Shown here one piece after another: positions 37,234 to 46,354 of a stretch of 64,000 nucleotides of DNA. A program made the translations under genes and the position numbers. Source of the stretch: an uncultured Nitrososphaerota archaeon (GTDB lineage Archaea; Korarchaeota; Korarchaeia; Korarchaeales; Korarchaeaceae); the NCBI GenBank assembly GCA_964594835.1, contig CAZQNA010000003.1, positions 32,001 through 96,000 on the forward strand, read 5' to 3'. Positions within the stretch are counted from its first letter, which is position 1, and each line of letters opens with the position of its first letter. Below the pieces are notes generated by a model. That model was not told the DNA's origin, did no database searches, and saw only the letters and a program-made list of their open reading frames with translations.

Positions 37234-38070
37234 GTGAGTCGGGAGGAGATCGTCGCGTTGTGTCTGATCGCAGTAGTGTCCGCCTTGGCGATCCTCTGGA
37301 TCGCCGGCCTAATCACCTCTTCCCCTTCCGCAACCCGCCCTCAGGACAGTCGCCCGCGCACCCTAACCCCTCAGAGATGCTGTCCATGACCGAGGAGCTC
37401 AAAGTCCCAGGGAAGATCCTCTGGATCGGAGCCCACCCTGACGACGAGATGTATGCGGCCGGCCTGCTGTACCACTCTCACACGCGCGGGTGGGAATGTG
37501 TCATAGCAGCCTACAATGCGGATGAGTCAAGGAGGGAGGTGAACCGCAGGTCAGCGGAACTTCTCGGGTGCAGGTACGTCTACGCCTCAGACTACCCAGG
37601 CTCTAGCCCGGAGGAGAGGGTTAGGTCTCTGATCCTCTCCGAGTCGCCAGACGTGGTCGTGACCTTCCACCCGGAGACGGGGTTCAGGGGAAACGAGGCC
37701 CATGAGGCGGTCGGGAGGATCTCGACCGAGCTTGTTGAGAGCGGAGAGCTGAGGGCCAGGCTCTTCTACGTGCTCAACAGAGACCCGGCGCTCGAGGAAC
37801 TCCTTGGCGGGTCAGACGTGGACGAGCCAACCCGTTGACCTCGACCTGACCATTGAGGTCAACGGGAGGACCCTGTTCGATGTCAAGCTGGCGGGCATCT
37901 GTCTGTACTCCAGGTTGTCCAGGCCCGCAGACGCGCTGTGTCGCAACGTAGACGGGCTGCAGGAGAGGATTTTGAAGGTGGAGTTCTACGAGGAGTACTC
38001 TCCCTGGGGCCGATCCTCACTGGAGACGCCTCCTCCCATGCAGCAAGGTCCTCGACGCTGGGCCAGATGA
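37234..38070 (+). pseudogene. Membrane-anchored PIG-L/LmbE-family deacetylase split by two frameshifts
   Basis: TM anchor (VSREEIVALCLIAVVSALAILWIAG) in one frame, AHPDDE...PDVVVTFHP...GNEAH core in a second, VDLDL...FDVKLAGICLY tail out of frame again; shifts near 37370 and 37830. Confidence 0.7.
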
Positions 38071-38117
38071 CGACCTAAGCCCTGTCCGCAGGGCCTCGCG
38101 GCCCCTTGGTTCACGCA

Positions 38118-38313
38118 GAACGTCACCATCGCCATGAACTTCGTCAGGCTCCCCATGCTCTTCGTGAGCGGGGTTTTCGTGCCGCTCGGCTCCGCATCGA
38201 CGGCTATGAGGCTGGCCTCGATGCTCTCCCCTTTGACCTACGCGAACGACCTGGCCAGGATCTCGTACGGCGTGGGCGGCGTGATGTGCGTCGCGATCGA
38301 TGTCGTGGGGCTC
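38118..38313 (+). pseudogene. Fragment of an ABC-2 permease gene (196-bp direct repeat, copy 2)
   Basis: Encodes NVTIAMNFVRLPMLFVSGVFVPL...SPLTYANDLARISYG; no 5' part of the gene; about 86% identical to 33686-33881. Confidence 0.88.
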
Positions 38314-38486
38314 GTGGGGTCGTGGCGGAGGGGCGGGCCCGGCTCAGGGATCCACGACACCGGGACATGAGCCTGGACCCCGTGGAGCCGGGGGACCGGC
38401 GGGCAGGGCCGTGAGTCGGGAGGCAACGCACTAAGATCTTCCCGGATCGATGGTAGAGCCACCGGACTGTGTGCAGTCTGAGGGCC

Positions 38487-39329
38487 TCAGCCCCCCTTCG
38501 CCTCCTCTGAGGCCTCCCGCCCCCACGCTCCCTCGGCCGGGAAGGTGAACGGCTTCTTCGAGATGACAAACTCACAGTAGGGGTCCCCCTTCGCCATGCA
38601 GGCGACCTCTCGACCGAAGCAGGCCTCGCCAAACATCTCAGAGAAGAATCCAACGAGGACCCCCCTGAGGAAGTGGCATATCGGCTCGTCCGACGGCTCC
38701 CCCGACTCGAAGGAGTTCCACACCCTGGCTCTCGCGGACGCCCTTTCGGGGTCCAGCTCCACTATCTCGCCCCGCTCGACCCAGCCAAGCACCACCATCA
38801 CGCTGAGGGCCGCCTCCGCCAGCTCCCTACCCTCCAGCCCGAACCTCCGCCTCCACTCGGAGTAGCTCCTCCTGCCGCCGTAGGTCCCCAGGAACTCGAC
38901 CATCCTCCTCCCGTCGTCGCCCCACCTCTTGTAGGCCTCCCTGAAGATCGTCCTGAGCCACCCGGCCCTCATCTCCACGACGGCGTCTGGCCCGAGCAGC
39001 TGAATCCCGTGGTGGACGTCAACGACCATGTCGCCGAGGTTCGCCCTGGAGACGACGATGTCGCGCACCCCCTCGACGCCGGATATCAGCCGTCGCAGGT
39101 CCGCTTCCTCAACACTCTCGCCGTCAACGAAGAAGCACCACCAAGCCGCGGAGGGGTCCTTCGAGGCGTGGTGAACGCCCCAGAGTATGTTCACCCCCCT
39201 CTCGGCGAGTAGCTTGGAGATCTCGGCTATCCTGCCGGGGACGTTCTCGGCCAGCACCGAGATCTCCAGTATCTTCCTCCCCTGGGACTCGAAAAGCCTG
39301 GGGAAGAAGAGATTGTGTTTGTGAGGCAT
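38487..39329 (-). CDS. ACT domain + V4R domain protein
   Basis: Start ATG 39329; ENVPGRIAEISKLLAERGVNI (ACT); NSFE...PICHFLRGVLVGFF...EVACMAKGDPYCEFVI (V4R). Confidence 0.88.
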   Translation of the reverse strand: MPHKHNLFFPRLFESQGRKILEISVLAENVPGRIAEISKLLAERGVNILWGVHHASKDPSAAWWCFFVDGESVEEADLRRLISGVEGVRDIVVSRANLGDMVVDVHHGIQLLGPDAVVEMRAGWLRTIFREAYKRWGDDGRRMVEFLGTYGGRRSYSEWRRRFGLEGRELAEAALSVMVVLGWVERGEIVELDPERASARARVWNSFESGEPSDEPICHFLRGVLVGFFSEMFGEACFGREVACMAKGDPYCEFVISKKPFTFPAEGAWGREASEEAKGG

Positions 39330-39406
39330 GACCCGGGACCAAAACTCTAAGCGAGGGACCGATATAATGGTTGCCCGTCCCGGGGCCACCCGCCGGACCC
39401 GAGCGC

Positions 39407-40168
39407 TCAGCCCACCCTCCTGCCCACGAGTATCATCCGAGGACTGTTCACCGCATAAGGAGAGCCGTCGTAGTCGCCGAACGCGGCCTGGACCTCCAGG
39501 CCGGAGGCTTCCATCATGTCGGTCAGCTCCCTGAGGGAGTAGAGCCTCAGGGTTAAGCTCCTCTCGCCCCTGAACCTCAGCGACTTGAAGAAGATCCGCC
39601 TGTCGGTTATCCTCCCGGCCCTGAGGTCGACTATCTCCTCTCCCAGCACCAGCAAGTCGTCCCAGCCCTCCCACCACCTCCACCGCTCCGATCCGTGGGC
39701 CGCCGCGAGCGCCACGATCTTCTCTCTGTTCCTCACGTCTACCAGAAGCCTGCCGCCCGGCTTTAGCGTCGAGACAGCCTCGCTCAGGACCCTCACGTTG
39801 TCCTCGTCGTCGTAGAATCCGAAGCTCGTGTAGAACATGTAGGCCGCGTCGAACTCGGACCTCCAGGGCATGTGCCTCATGTCGCCAGGGACGAAGTCGA
39901 CCTCGACGCCCAGCTCCCTGGCCCTCGCCCTCGCCACCTCGAGGTAGGAGGGGTTTATGTCGAGCCCCACGACCTCCATCCCCATCTCGGCCAGTATCAC
40001 GGCGTGCCTGCCGTAGCCGCATCCTATGTCCAGGACCCTGTCACCGGGGTTCAGCCCCAGCGCCCCGACTATGAACTCAGCCTCCCTCCTGGTCTCCTCC
40101 TCCGGGTGCTTCTTCTGCTGGTATTCCATGTACAGCTCGTCGAAGTATGACAGAACGCCCTCGGCCAT
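39407..40168 (-). CDS. Class I SAM-dependent methyltransferase
   Basis: VLDIGCGYGRH, VVGLDIN, GDMR, FDAAYMFYTSFGFY, LKPGGRLLVD. Confidence 0.92.
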   Translation of the reverse strand: MAEGVLSYFDELYMEYQQKKHPEEETRREAEFIVGALGLNPGDRVLDIGCGYGRHAVILAEMGMEVVGLDINPSYLEVARARARELGVEVDFVPGDMRHMPWRSEFDAAYMFYTSFGFYDDEDNVRVLSEAVSTLKPGGRLLVDVRNREKIVALAAAHGSERWRWWEGWDDLLVLGEEIVDLRAGRITDRRIFFKSLRFRGERSLTLRLYSLRELTDMMEASGLEVQAAFGDYDGSPYAVNSPRMILVGRRVG

Positions 40169-40223
40169 CGCGGCGCTGTCGAGGGGGGATCATATAAGGA
40201 GGAGCGCGGGCCGGGAGTCAAAG

Positions 40224-40827
40224 ATGTTGACCGTTCCTCCGAAGGCCATGGCCCTGGCCAACACGGCCTCGACCGGTCTGACCCCCCCGTCATCCTGAAG
40301 GGGCCCACCTCGAGGCGCGACTCAGCGGCGCTGAACCTGGTGAGGTTTGCGACGGCCGCCTCAGTCCTCGTCCCGCTAGCCTGGAGCGACCTCTGCAGAG
40401 CAGACGCGAGGCTCTTCGTGTTGGGAACCGCGGCGATTCTCGCAGGCCAAGCGTGGTGTGGTACATCTACCTAAAGGCGCTGAGCCTCACCGATGTCACG
40501 GTGGTGTCTCCGCTCACCAACGCCTACCCGCTCTTCTCAGCCCCGATGTACCTGTCGGTCTCCGGCGCGGCGCCGTCCGCCTAGACCGTCGCCGAGATGA
40601 TCGCCGCGGCCTCCAGCGTGGGCCTTCTGGGGGACTCTCTGGCCATCGGCCTGATGCTCTTGGCCCTTGACCTCGGGGATTCCTAAATCATAGTCCCCCT
40701 CACAGCCACCACGCCGATCTTCGCGTCCATATTCGCAGGTGGCCTTCTGAGAGAGAAGTTCGGGGGAAGGAGAGTTGCAAGGATACTCTTCACTACCCTG
40801 GGGGACGCGCTACTGGGCCCGGCCTGA
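40224..40827 (+). pseudogene. Degraded EamA/DMT transporter
   Basis: Fragments across frames: ALNLVRFATAASVL, WYIYLKALSLTDVTVVSPLTNAYPLFS, DS*IIVPLTATTPIFASIFAGGLLREKFGGRR; frameshifts and an in-frame TAA. Confidence 0.75.
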
Positions 40828-40876
40828 ACTCGGCCGACCGAAAGATGGTTAATTTATCGACCCCATCGACTGCCGC

Positions 40877-42184
40877 GTGAAAGACCCTGGCCGAATCGCG
40901 ACCGCGATATGCGTCACCTGGCTCGCAGCCATGGTCGGTATGTTCGTGTATTACGGCTTTTGGGGCTGGTTCCCCCTCGAGAGGATCGACCCGGTTGACG
41001 TGATGCTCGAGTCCGGATCCGTGGCGATCCTCCTCATGGCCCTCATCTCTTCAGTCGTCCTAGAGAGGCTGGGCGCCGGGAAGGTCTTTCCGGGTTGGGG
41101 CGCCCTCACACTCATCTCTGGAGTGGTTCTCTTGGGCCTACTCTGCGACCTTCTCGACGAGTTCTACAGCCTCCCTCAGATGCTGATGGGACCAGCCCAG
41201 ATTATCCCGCCAATCCTAGGGACGTTCTTGGTCGTTCACCTGATGAAAGGTTGGTACGAGATGTATCCGGAGCGTCCGGGGACTAGGTGGGACGTCAGGA
41301 TAGTCCTCGCCTTCTACTCCCTCTACGGCTCTGCCCTCATCGTATCCCTGGTCACGTCGAGGCCGCGGGTGGCGGCCCCTCCACCGACGCCGGGCGAGTT
41401 GGTCGACAGCTTTGCGCCAACCCTTGCGGCCTTCCTCCTGGCAGGTGCGCTCTACCTGTACTCCGGCGAGGCCACCCGCTACGTGCCCATCCAGCTGGTG
41501 CTGGGCGGGTTCTTCCTACTGGCTCTGCTCCCCCTCACCGAGACGATGAAAGGCCTCTTGGGTTGGATGGATCCCCTGGTCGACACGATAGGTCGGGACC
41601 TCGCCCCGGCGGCGTTCTACGCATCGTTCTACATGGCCTTCGTCGAAGCCTTCAGGCGGGCCGCCTGCCCTCAGGCCCTGAGGATGCCCAAGGTCTATGA
41701 GGCGGTCAGCCTCATGAAGATCAGGCCCAGCGCGGACTCCTGGCCGTCGGCGGTCAACGCAATCAGGAAGCTGGCCAGGTCCAAGGGCATACCGATCGTG
41801 CTGCTCACGAGGCCCGGATCGCCCCTGTTCACGATCGCCCACAGGGAGGATCTGCCTAAGGTGTCCGTCCTGCTCAAGCCAGGCGCCTCCTTCCGTAAGA
41901 TCGACGAATCGACCTACGAGGTACCCCTGGAGCCGGCGTTCATAGAGGGAGTGCTCAGGGACATTCTGAAGGGTCAGGGGGAGAGGGCCCTGGTGGTCTT
42001 CGACTCCATCACGGACGCCATCGCCCTGCTGGACAGGAAGCGTGCCTACGAGCTGATACGCCGGCTGTCCGACCTGATAAAGGAGAAGGAGTCCTCTGGA
42101 GTCTTCATAGTGGTGCCGGAGGCGCACGACAGGCAGACGCAGGCCCTGATAGAGAAGATGTTTGAGAGATCCTCCGAGGTTTAG
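40877..42184 (+). CDS. Multi-TM membrane protein with C-terminal inactive KaiC/RecA-like (DUF835-type) domain
   Basis: About 8 TM helices, then LLTRPGS...ALVVFDSITDAI...VVPEAHDRQ; no Walker A. Confidence 0.7.
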   Translation: MKDPGRIATAICVTWLAAMVGMFVYYGFWGWFPLERIDPVDVMLESGSVAILLMALISSVVLERLGAGKVFPGWGALTLISGVVLLGLLCDLLDEFYSLPQMLMGPAQIIPPILGTFLVVHLMKGWYEMYPERPGTRWDVRIVLAFYSLYGSALIVSLVTSRPRVAAPPPTPGELVDSFAPTLAAFLLAGALYLYSGEATRYVPIQLVLGGFFLLALLPLTETMKGLLGWMDPLVDTIGRDLAPAAFYASFYMAFVEAFRRAACPQALRMPKVYEAVSLMKIRPSADSWPSAVNAIRKLARSKGIPIVLLTRPGSPLFTIAHREDLPKVSVLLKPGASFRKIDESTYEVPLEPAFIEGVLRDILKGQGERALVVFDSITDAIALLDRKRAYELIRRLSDLIKEKESSGVFIVVPEAHDRQTQALIEKMFERSSEV

Positions 42185-42285
42185 CTCCCCAGATTTAACG
42201 ATCTGAGGGTGAGATTCGCCCAAATTGGGCAACTACTCTCCTATCAGGATATATCCTGCCCCCCAGGCGGGCGCGTGGAGAGTGG

Positions 42286-43320
42286 ATGGGTCGCGAGTCT
42301 GAGCGCATACCTCGGGAGGCGTCGCTCGAGATCGTGAGGTCCAGCAGACTTGACTCTCCGCTGGTGAGGGCCGACAGGCTCTCCAGAGTGATGGGGGTCG
42401 AGGTGCACCTCAAGCTCGAATCCAGGAACCCAAGCGGGTCTCAGAAGGACAGGGCCGCCTTGGCGAACGTCCTCTATGCGAAGAGAGTGGGGAAGGAGGT
42501 CGTGACCGCCGGGACCTGCGGGAACTACGGCGCTGCTCTGGCCTACTACGCCACCAAGTACGGGCTCGAGGCCCACATATTCATTCCCGCGGGCTTCACG
42601 GGCAGACGGATTACGTACATGGAGTCCCTTGGAGCCTACGTGGTCAGGGTTGAGGGGCACTACGAGGACGCCGTGGAGGCGAGTTCCAAGATGGCCAGGG
42701 AGCGGGGCTGGCACGACGCCAACCCCGGGGGACTGGGAGGGACGCTGGGCATCCTCGGATACATGTCCATCGCCCGCGAGCTCGTAGATCAGCTGGGTGG
42801 CATCCCGGAGGAGATCTACGTCCCGGTGGGGAACGGGACCACCCTTGCCGGAATATGGCAGGGGTTCCTGGAGCTGAGGAGGGAGGGCGAGATATCGAGG
42901 CTCCCGAGGATGATCGGGGTCACGACGAGGGCGGGGAACCCCGTGCTCACGTCCTTCCAGAAGGGCCTCAGCGCGGCGGAGGAGCTCGATCCCTCAGGAA
43001 TAGTCGAGACGGAGATAAACGAGCCGCTGATCAACTACAGGTCCTACGACGGGGACGAGGCCCTTCGGGCCATCCTGGAGAGCGGCGGCGCGGCATACGG
43101 CTACACGGACAGGGAGCTCGCGGTGGCGGCGCGGCTCTTCGCCGAGCTGTCCGAGGTCAGGCCCATTCCCGCGTCCGCATCGGTGCTCCTCCCGGGGATC
43201 TCGAGGGAGCCGCGGGGGGAGGGCCCGTGGGTTCTGGTGATCACCCAGGAAGAGGACCTCGCCGGTGGATCCGGGGCCGGTGCCGAGTTTAAGGGCACGA
43301 CCCGCCCGACGCCCCGATAG
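42286..43320 (+). CDS. PLP-dependent fold-type II enzyme (threonine synthase-like)
   Basis: LKLESRNPSGSQKDR (PLP Lys), GTCGNYG, VPVGNGTT, NEPL. Confidence 0.88.
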   Translation: MGRESERIPREASLEIVRSSRLDSPLVRADRLSRVMGVEVHLKLESRNPSGSQKDRAALANVLYAKRVGKEVVTAGTCGNYGAALAYYATKYGLEAHIFIPAGFTGRRITYMESLGAYVVRVEGHYEDAVEASSKMARERGWHDANPGGLGGTLGILGYMSIARELVDQLGGIPEEIYVPVGNGTTLAGIWQGFLELRREGEISRLPRMIGVTTRAGNPVLTSFQKGLSAAEELDPSGIVETEINEPLINYRSYDGDEALRAILESGGAAYGYTDRELAVAARLFAELSEVRPIPASASVLLPGISREPRGEGPWVLVITQEEDLAGGSGAGAEFKGTTRPTPR

Positions 43321-43322
43321 AG

Positions 43323-44090
43323 TTGGGCAGGATCAGGTTCATCTTGGCCACAAGGGGTGAGTTCTTCGGGCTGGACGAGCTGCTGGACGATTCAGACGTG
43401 CAGGAGAGCCTGATGGCGATCAGGCGGAAGATAATCGGCCCGGATCGCCTCCCCATGGGGGGAAGGAGGCTCTTGGAGCTGGGACTGATCACCGACGAGG
43501 GACTCGCGTTCCCGATAGTCTTGGAGGAGGAATACCGGCTGCTGGGGAGAGACGTTGAGGCGCTCGGCGAGGAGGTCTCAGGCGAAGTCGAGGACGCCCT
43601 CGCGGACTCCGTCGACTCCATGGAGGAGAGGTGTGCGGCGGTGCTGGGCGAGCTGGACGCGGCCCTCGACGCCGCGCTCGTGGAGGAGCAGAGGCTCAGG
43701 CCGCTCAGGCTCGCGCGGGGGGAGGCGTTCATATGCGGGTTCGAGGGGGCCCGAGGGCCCGCGCTGACGTCGGAGTGCCACGAGATCGAGGGAGGCCTGA
43801 GGTGCATGGTCGAGTACGGGGAGGGTAGGGAGGTCGTGAGGGCGACCCTCGGGAGGGGCTCCGCGGCCTCGGCTGAGTCACCCCTGATGATGGAGCTGGC
43901 CGACAGGATCTCCCGCCTGTCCGTCGAGAGGGCGAGGCTCTGGGCCGGCGAGCTGGGGTTCACAGGCTCGAAGGGCGATCTCTTCGCCTACGGGTTCTCA
44001 AAGCTCGTCTACGAGTCGATCCTGACGGCCCTATCCCGGAGGGGGTTCATCCCGGGGGCCGTCAGGATCGAGTACGTGGTCCTGCTGTGA
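43323..44090 (+). CDS. Hypothetical protein
   Basis: Long ORF 2 bp after the PLP enzyme, genome-typical codon use; no recognised motif. Confidence 0.65.
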   Translation: MGRIRFILATRGEFFGLDELLDDSDVQESLMAIRRKIIGPDRLPMGGRRLLELGLITDEGLAFPIVLEEEYRLLGRDVEALGEEVSGEVEDALADSVDSMEERCAAVLGELDAALDAALVEEQRLRPLRLARGEAFICGFEGARGPALTSECHEIEGGLRCMVEYGEGREVVRATLGRGSAASAESPLMMELADRISRLSVERARLWAGELGFTGSKGDLFAYGFSKLVYESILTALSRRGFIPGAVRIEYVVLL

Positions 44091-44228
44091 ACCCCAGACG
44101 TGCCTCGACCGGCGATGGGCCGAGAGCCCCCGCGGCCGGGAGCTGATCTGAGGGATTATCGGGCGAGAAATAAACTCGTTCCGACCCATAGGGGAAGCGT
44201 TTTATTGGGTCGGCCTCAGAGGCGCGAC

Positions 44229-45425
44229 GTGGATAGAGACCTCGCGGCCATCCTCGCACTAATCCTACTCCTCACCGTCGTCCTCGCCCTCGCCGTCGCC
44301 GTGATCCCTCACCCAAATCGGTCGGGTCTCCCGCGGGGTCGCCAGGTAAATCGGTCAAGGAAACCCACCACGACCGCGCCGCCCCCATCATCCCCGCCGC
44401 CCCCGCCGCACGTGACGTCCGAGGAGATGATCTGCAGGCTCGTTGGCGAGGCCTCAAGGGGCGTTGGGGTCTTCGGCGCCGACCTGGGCGTGCCGGTGAT
44501 TGTGTCCACCGGTGGAGGGGAGAGGTTGGCCCTGCTGTTCGGCGACGTCTTCTCCCCGGGGGGAGGGGGCGCCAACGCCGCGGCAACGTTCGAACCTCCC
44601 CTCAGGGACTGCCCGGACCTCGAGTGGGTCACCGGCCCCGACGGGAGGTTCGCCGAGATGTGGCCATCCCTCAGGGAAGACTGGGTCGACTCCTCGACGG
44701 TTCCCGCCGGCGCCGTGGAGGTGGGGGGAGTCCTCTACGTCTACGCGATGAGGGTCACCCACTGGGCAAAGAGGCTGAACGCCTCTGACTCCGTCCACGC
44801 CTACGGGGTGCTCTTCTCCGGGAGGCTGGGGGAGGGGTTCGTTGAGACCGAGGTGAGGTGGCCGCTGGACGAGAAGTTCGTCAACGTGGCCCCCGTAATG
44901 GGCCGCCTGCCGTCAGGAGAAGAGGTCGTGTACCTCCTGGCCTCTGGGAGGTTCCGGGACTCGCCTATCTACCTTGGCTACGTGCCCCCGGACGACATCG
45001 CCGACCCGGCGGCGTACAGGTACTTCTCCGGCCTGGACTCGGATGGAGCCCCGACTTGGAGCTCCAGCCTCGAGGACGCCGTACCCGTGGTGGAGGACGT
45101 GAGGGTTGGGGAGCTCTCGGTGATATATCACCCGACGGCCGGGGCCTACCTCCTGATGTACAAGAACTACGGCGGGAGGCCGGGCTTCCACCTCAGGGTG
45201 GCCAGGGACCTCTGGGGACCCTACTCGCAGCCGGAAGTCCTGACCCCGTGCGTCCCCAGGCCCGCTTGGTTCGAGGGGCCGGCGTGGGGCGGATGCTACG
45301 GGGGGTACTTGATACCCGGCGAGTTTGGAGAGGACGGGCTCTCCCTCTACTACACCCTCTCCCTCTGGGTACCATACTCGACCTTCCTCATGAGGCTCTC
45401 GCTCTCCAGCCTGCCCGGCGGCTAG
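44229..45425 (+). CDS. Membrane-anchored DUF4185 protein (beta-propeller glycoside hydrolase-like)
   Basis: N-terminal TM, Pro/Thr linker, GADLG, FGDVFS, VPAGAV, GELSV, GPYS, YGGY, SLWVPYST motifs; start GTG 44229. Confidence 0.75.
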   Translation: MDRDLAAILALILLLTVVLALAVAVIPHPNRSGLPRGRQVNRSRKPTTTAPPPSSPPPPPHVTSEEMICRLVGEASRGVGVFGADLGVPVIVSTGGGERLALLFGDVFSPGGGGANAAATFEPPLRDCPDLEWVTGPDGRFAEMWPSLREDWVDSSTVPAGAVEVGGVLYVYAMRVTHWAKRLNASDSVHAYGVLFSGRLGEGFVETEVRWPLDEKFVNVAPVMGRLPSGEEVVYLLASGRFRDSPIYLGYVPPDDIADPAAYRYFSGLDSDGAPTWSSSLEDAVPVVEDVRVGELSVIYHPTAGAYLLMYKNYGGRPGFHLRVARDLWGPYSQPEVLTPCVPRPAWFEGPAWGGCYGGYLIPGEFGEDGLSLYYTLSLWVPYSTFLMRLSLSSLPGG

Positions 45426-45532
45426 GCTCGGACGAGGGTTAACGGAGCTGGGCCTTTATCCGGGATGCGCTCCGGCATCGAGGGGTCCCTGCTCCCGTCA
45501 ATCATCGGCCGCGGTGTGTGAGTGGCCGGGGA

Positions 45533-46327
45533 TCACCCCAGCCGCCTGAACTCCCGCTCCAGAGCCCTCACCCTCTGTGGGTCGACCGGATTCTCGATGC
45601 GCCCTCCCTCCTTGAGCCACGTCCCTACGATGGCGCCGTCGGCCCAGGCGAGGAGTTCCGCCGCGTTGTCTGGGGTGACCCCGCTCCCGACCAGCACCGG
45701 CCTCTCCCCCGCCGCCTCCCTGGCCCTCCGAACGGTCTCGGGATCTGGGGGCCTTCCCGTCTCGCTCCCGGTCACCACCACGGCGTCCGCCCTCCCCCTG
45801 ATCAGGGCGGCCTTCACCACCTCCTCCAGGCTCATTTCGTGCAGGGGCGTGGCGTGCTTGCACATCACGTCGGCGAGCACGAGGACGTCGGATCCCAGGA
45901 TCCTCTTGAACTCCTGGACCTCGGCCGCGGCGGGCCTTAGGATTCCCTGATCCGAGGCGAGGACCTCCACGTAGGCGTTGCACCTGATGAACCTGGCCCC
46001 CGACGCCTCTGCCACGGCGACGGCGGCCGGGCAGTCGTTCCGAAGGACGTTGACGCCGACCGGGATGTCGACCTCCCGGACCACCCTCGAGGCGACCGCG
46101 GCCATGGCCGCGACGGTGGCGGGGCCAACTCTCTCCCTGAATGGAGAGTCGCCGTAGTTCTCGACGATCAGGGCGTCGGCCCCTCCGGTCTCCAGAGCCC
46201 TGGCGTCTCTGATGGCCCTGGAGACGATTTCGGCCATGTCCCCCGAGTAGCGGGGGGATCCAGGGAGAGGGGGCAGGTGAACGACGCCTATCAGCGCCTT
46301 CCCGGAGCCGAAAAGCATCTCGCCCAC
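45533..46327 (-). CDS. BtpA/SgcQ-family TIM-barrel protein
   Basis: IGVVHLPPLPGSP, VENYGDSPF, GVNVLRND, ADVMCKH, VVTGSETG, GSGVT, IVGT. Confidence 0.93.
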   Translation of the reverse strand: MGEMLFGSGKALIGVVHLPPLPGSPRYSGDMAEIVSRAIRDARALETGGADALIVENYGDSPFRERVGPATVAAMAAVASRVVREVDIPVGVNVLRNDCPAAVAVAEASGARFIRCNAYVEVLASDQGILRPAAAEVQEFKRILGSDVLVLADVMCKHATPLHEMSLEEVVKAALIRGRADAVVVTGSETGRPPDPETVRRAREAAGERPVLVGSGVTPDNAAELLAWADGAIVGTWLKEGGRIENPVDPQRVRALEREFRRLG

Positions 46328-46354
46328 TCCTCCGGACAGGTAAAAACCCCGACC

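Noticed and set aside
37830-37840. Selenocysteine or pyrrolysine read-through to explain broken genes
   Set aside because: The continuation is in a different frame, so stop-codon recoding cannot restore it
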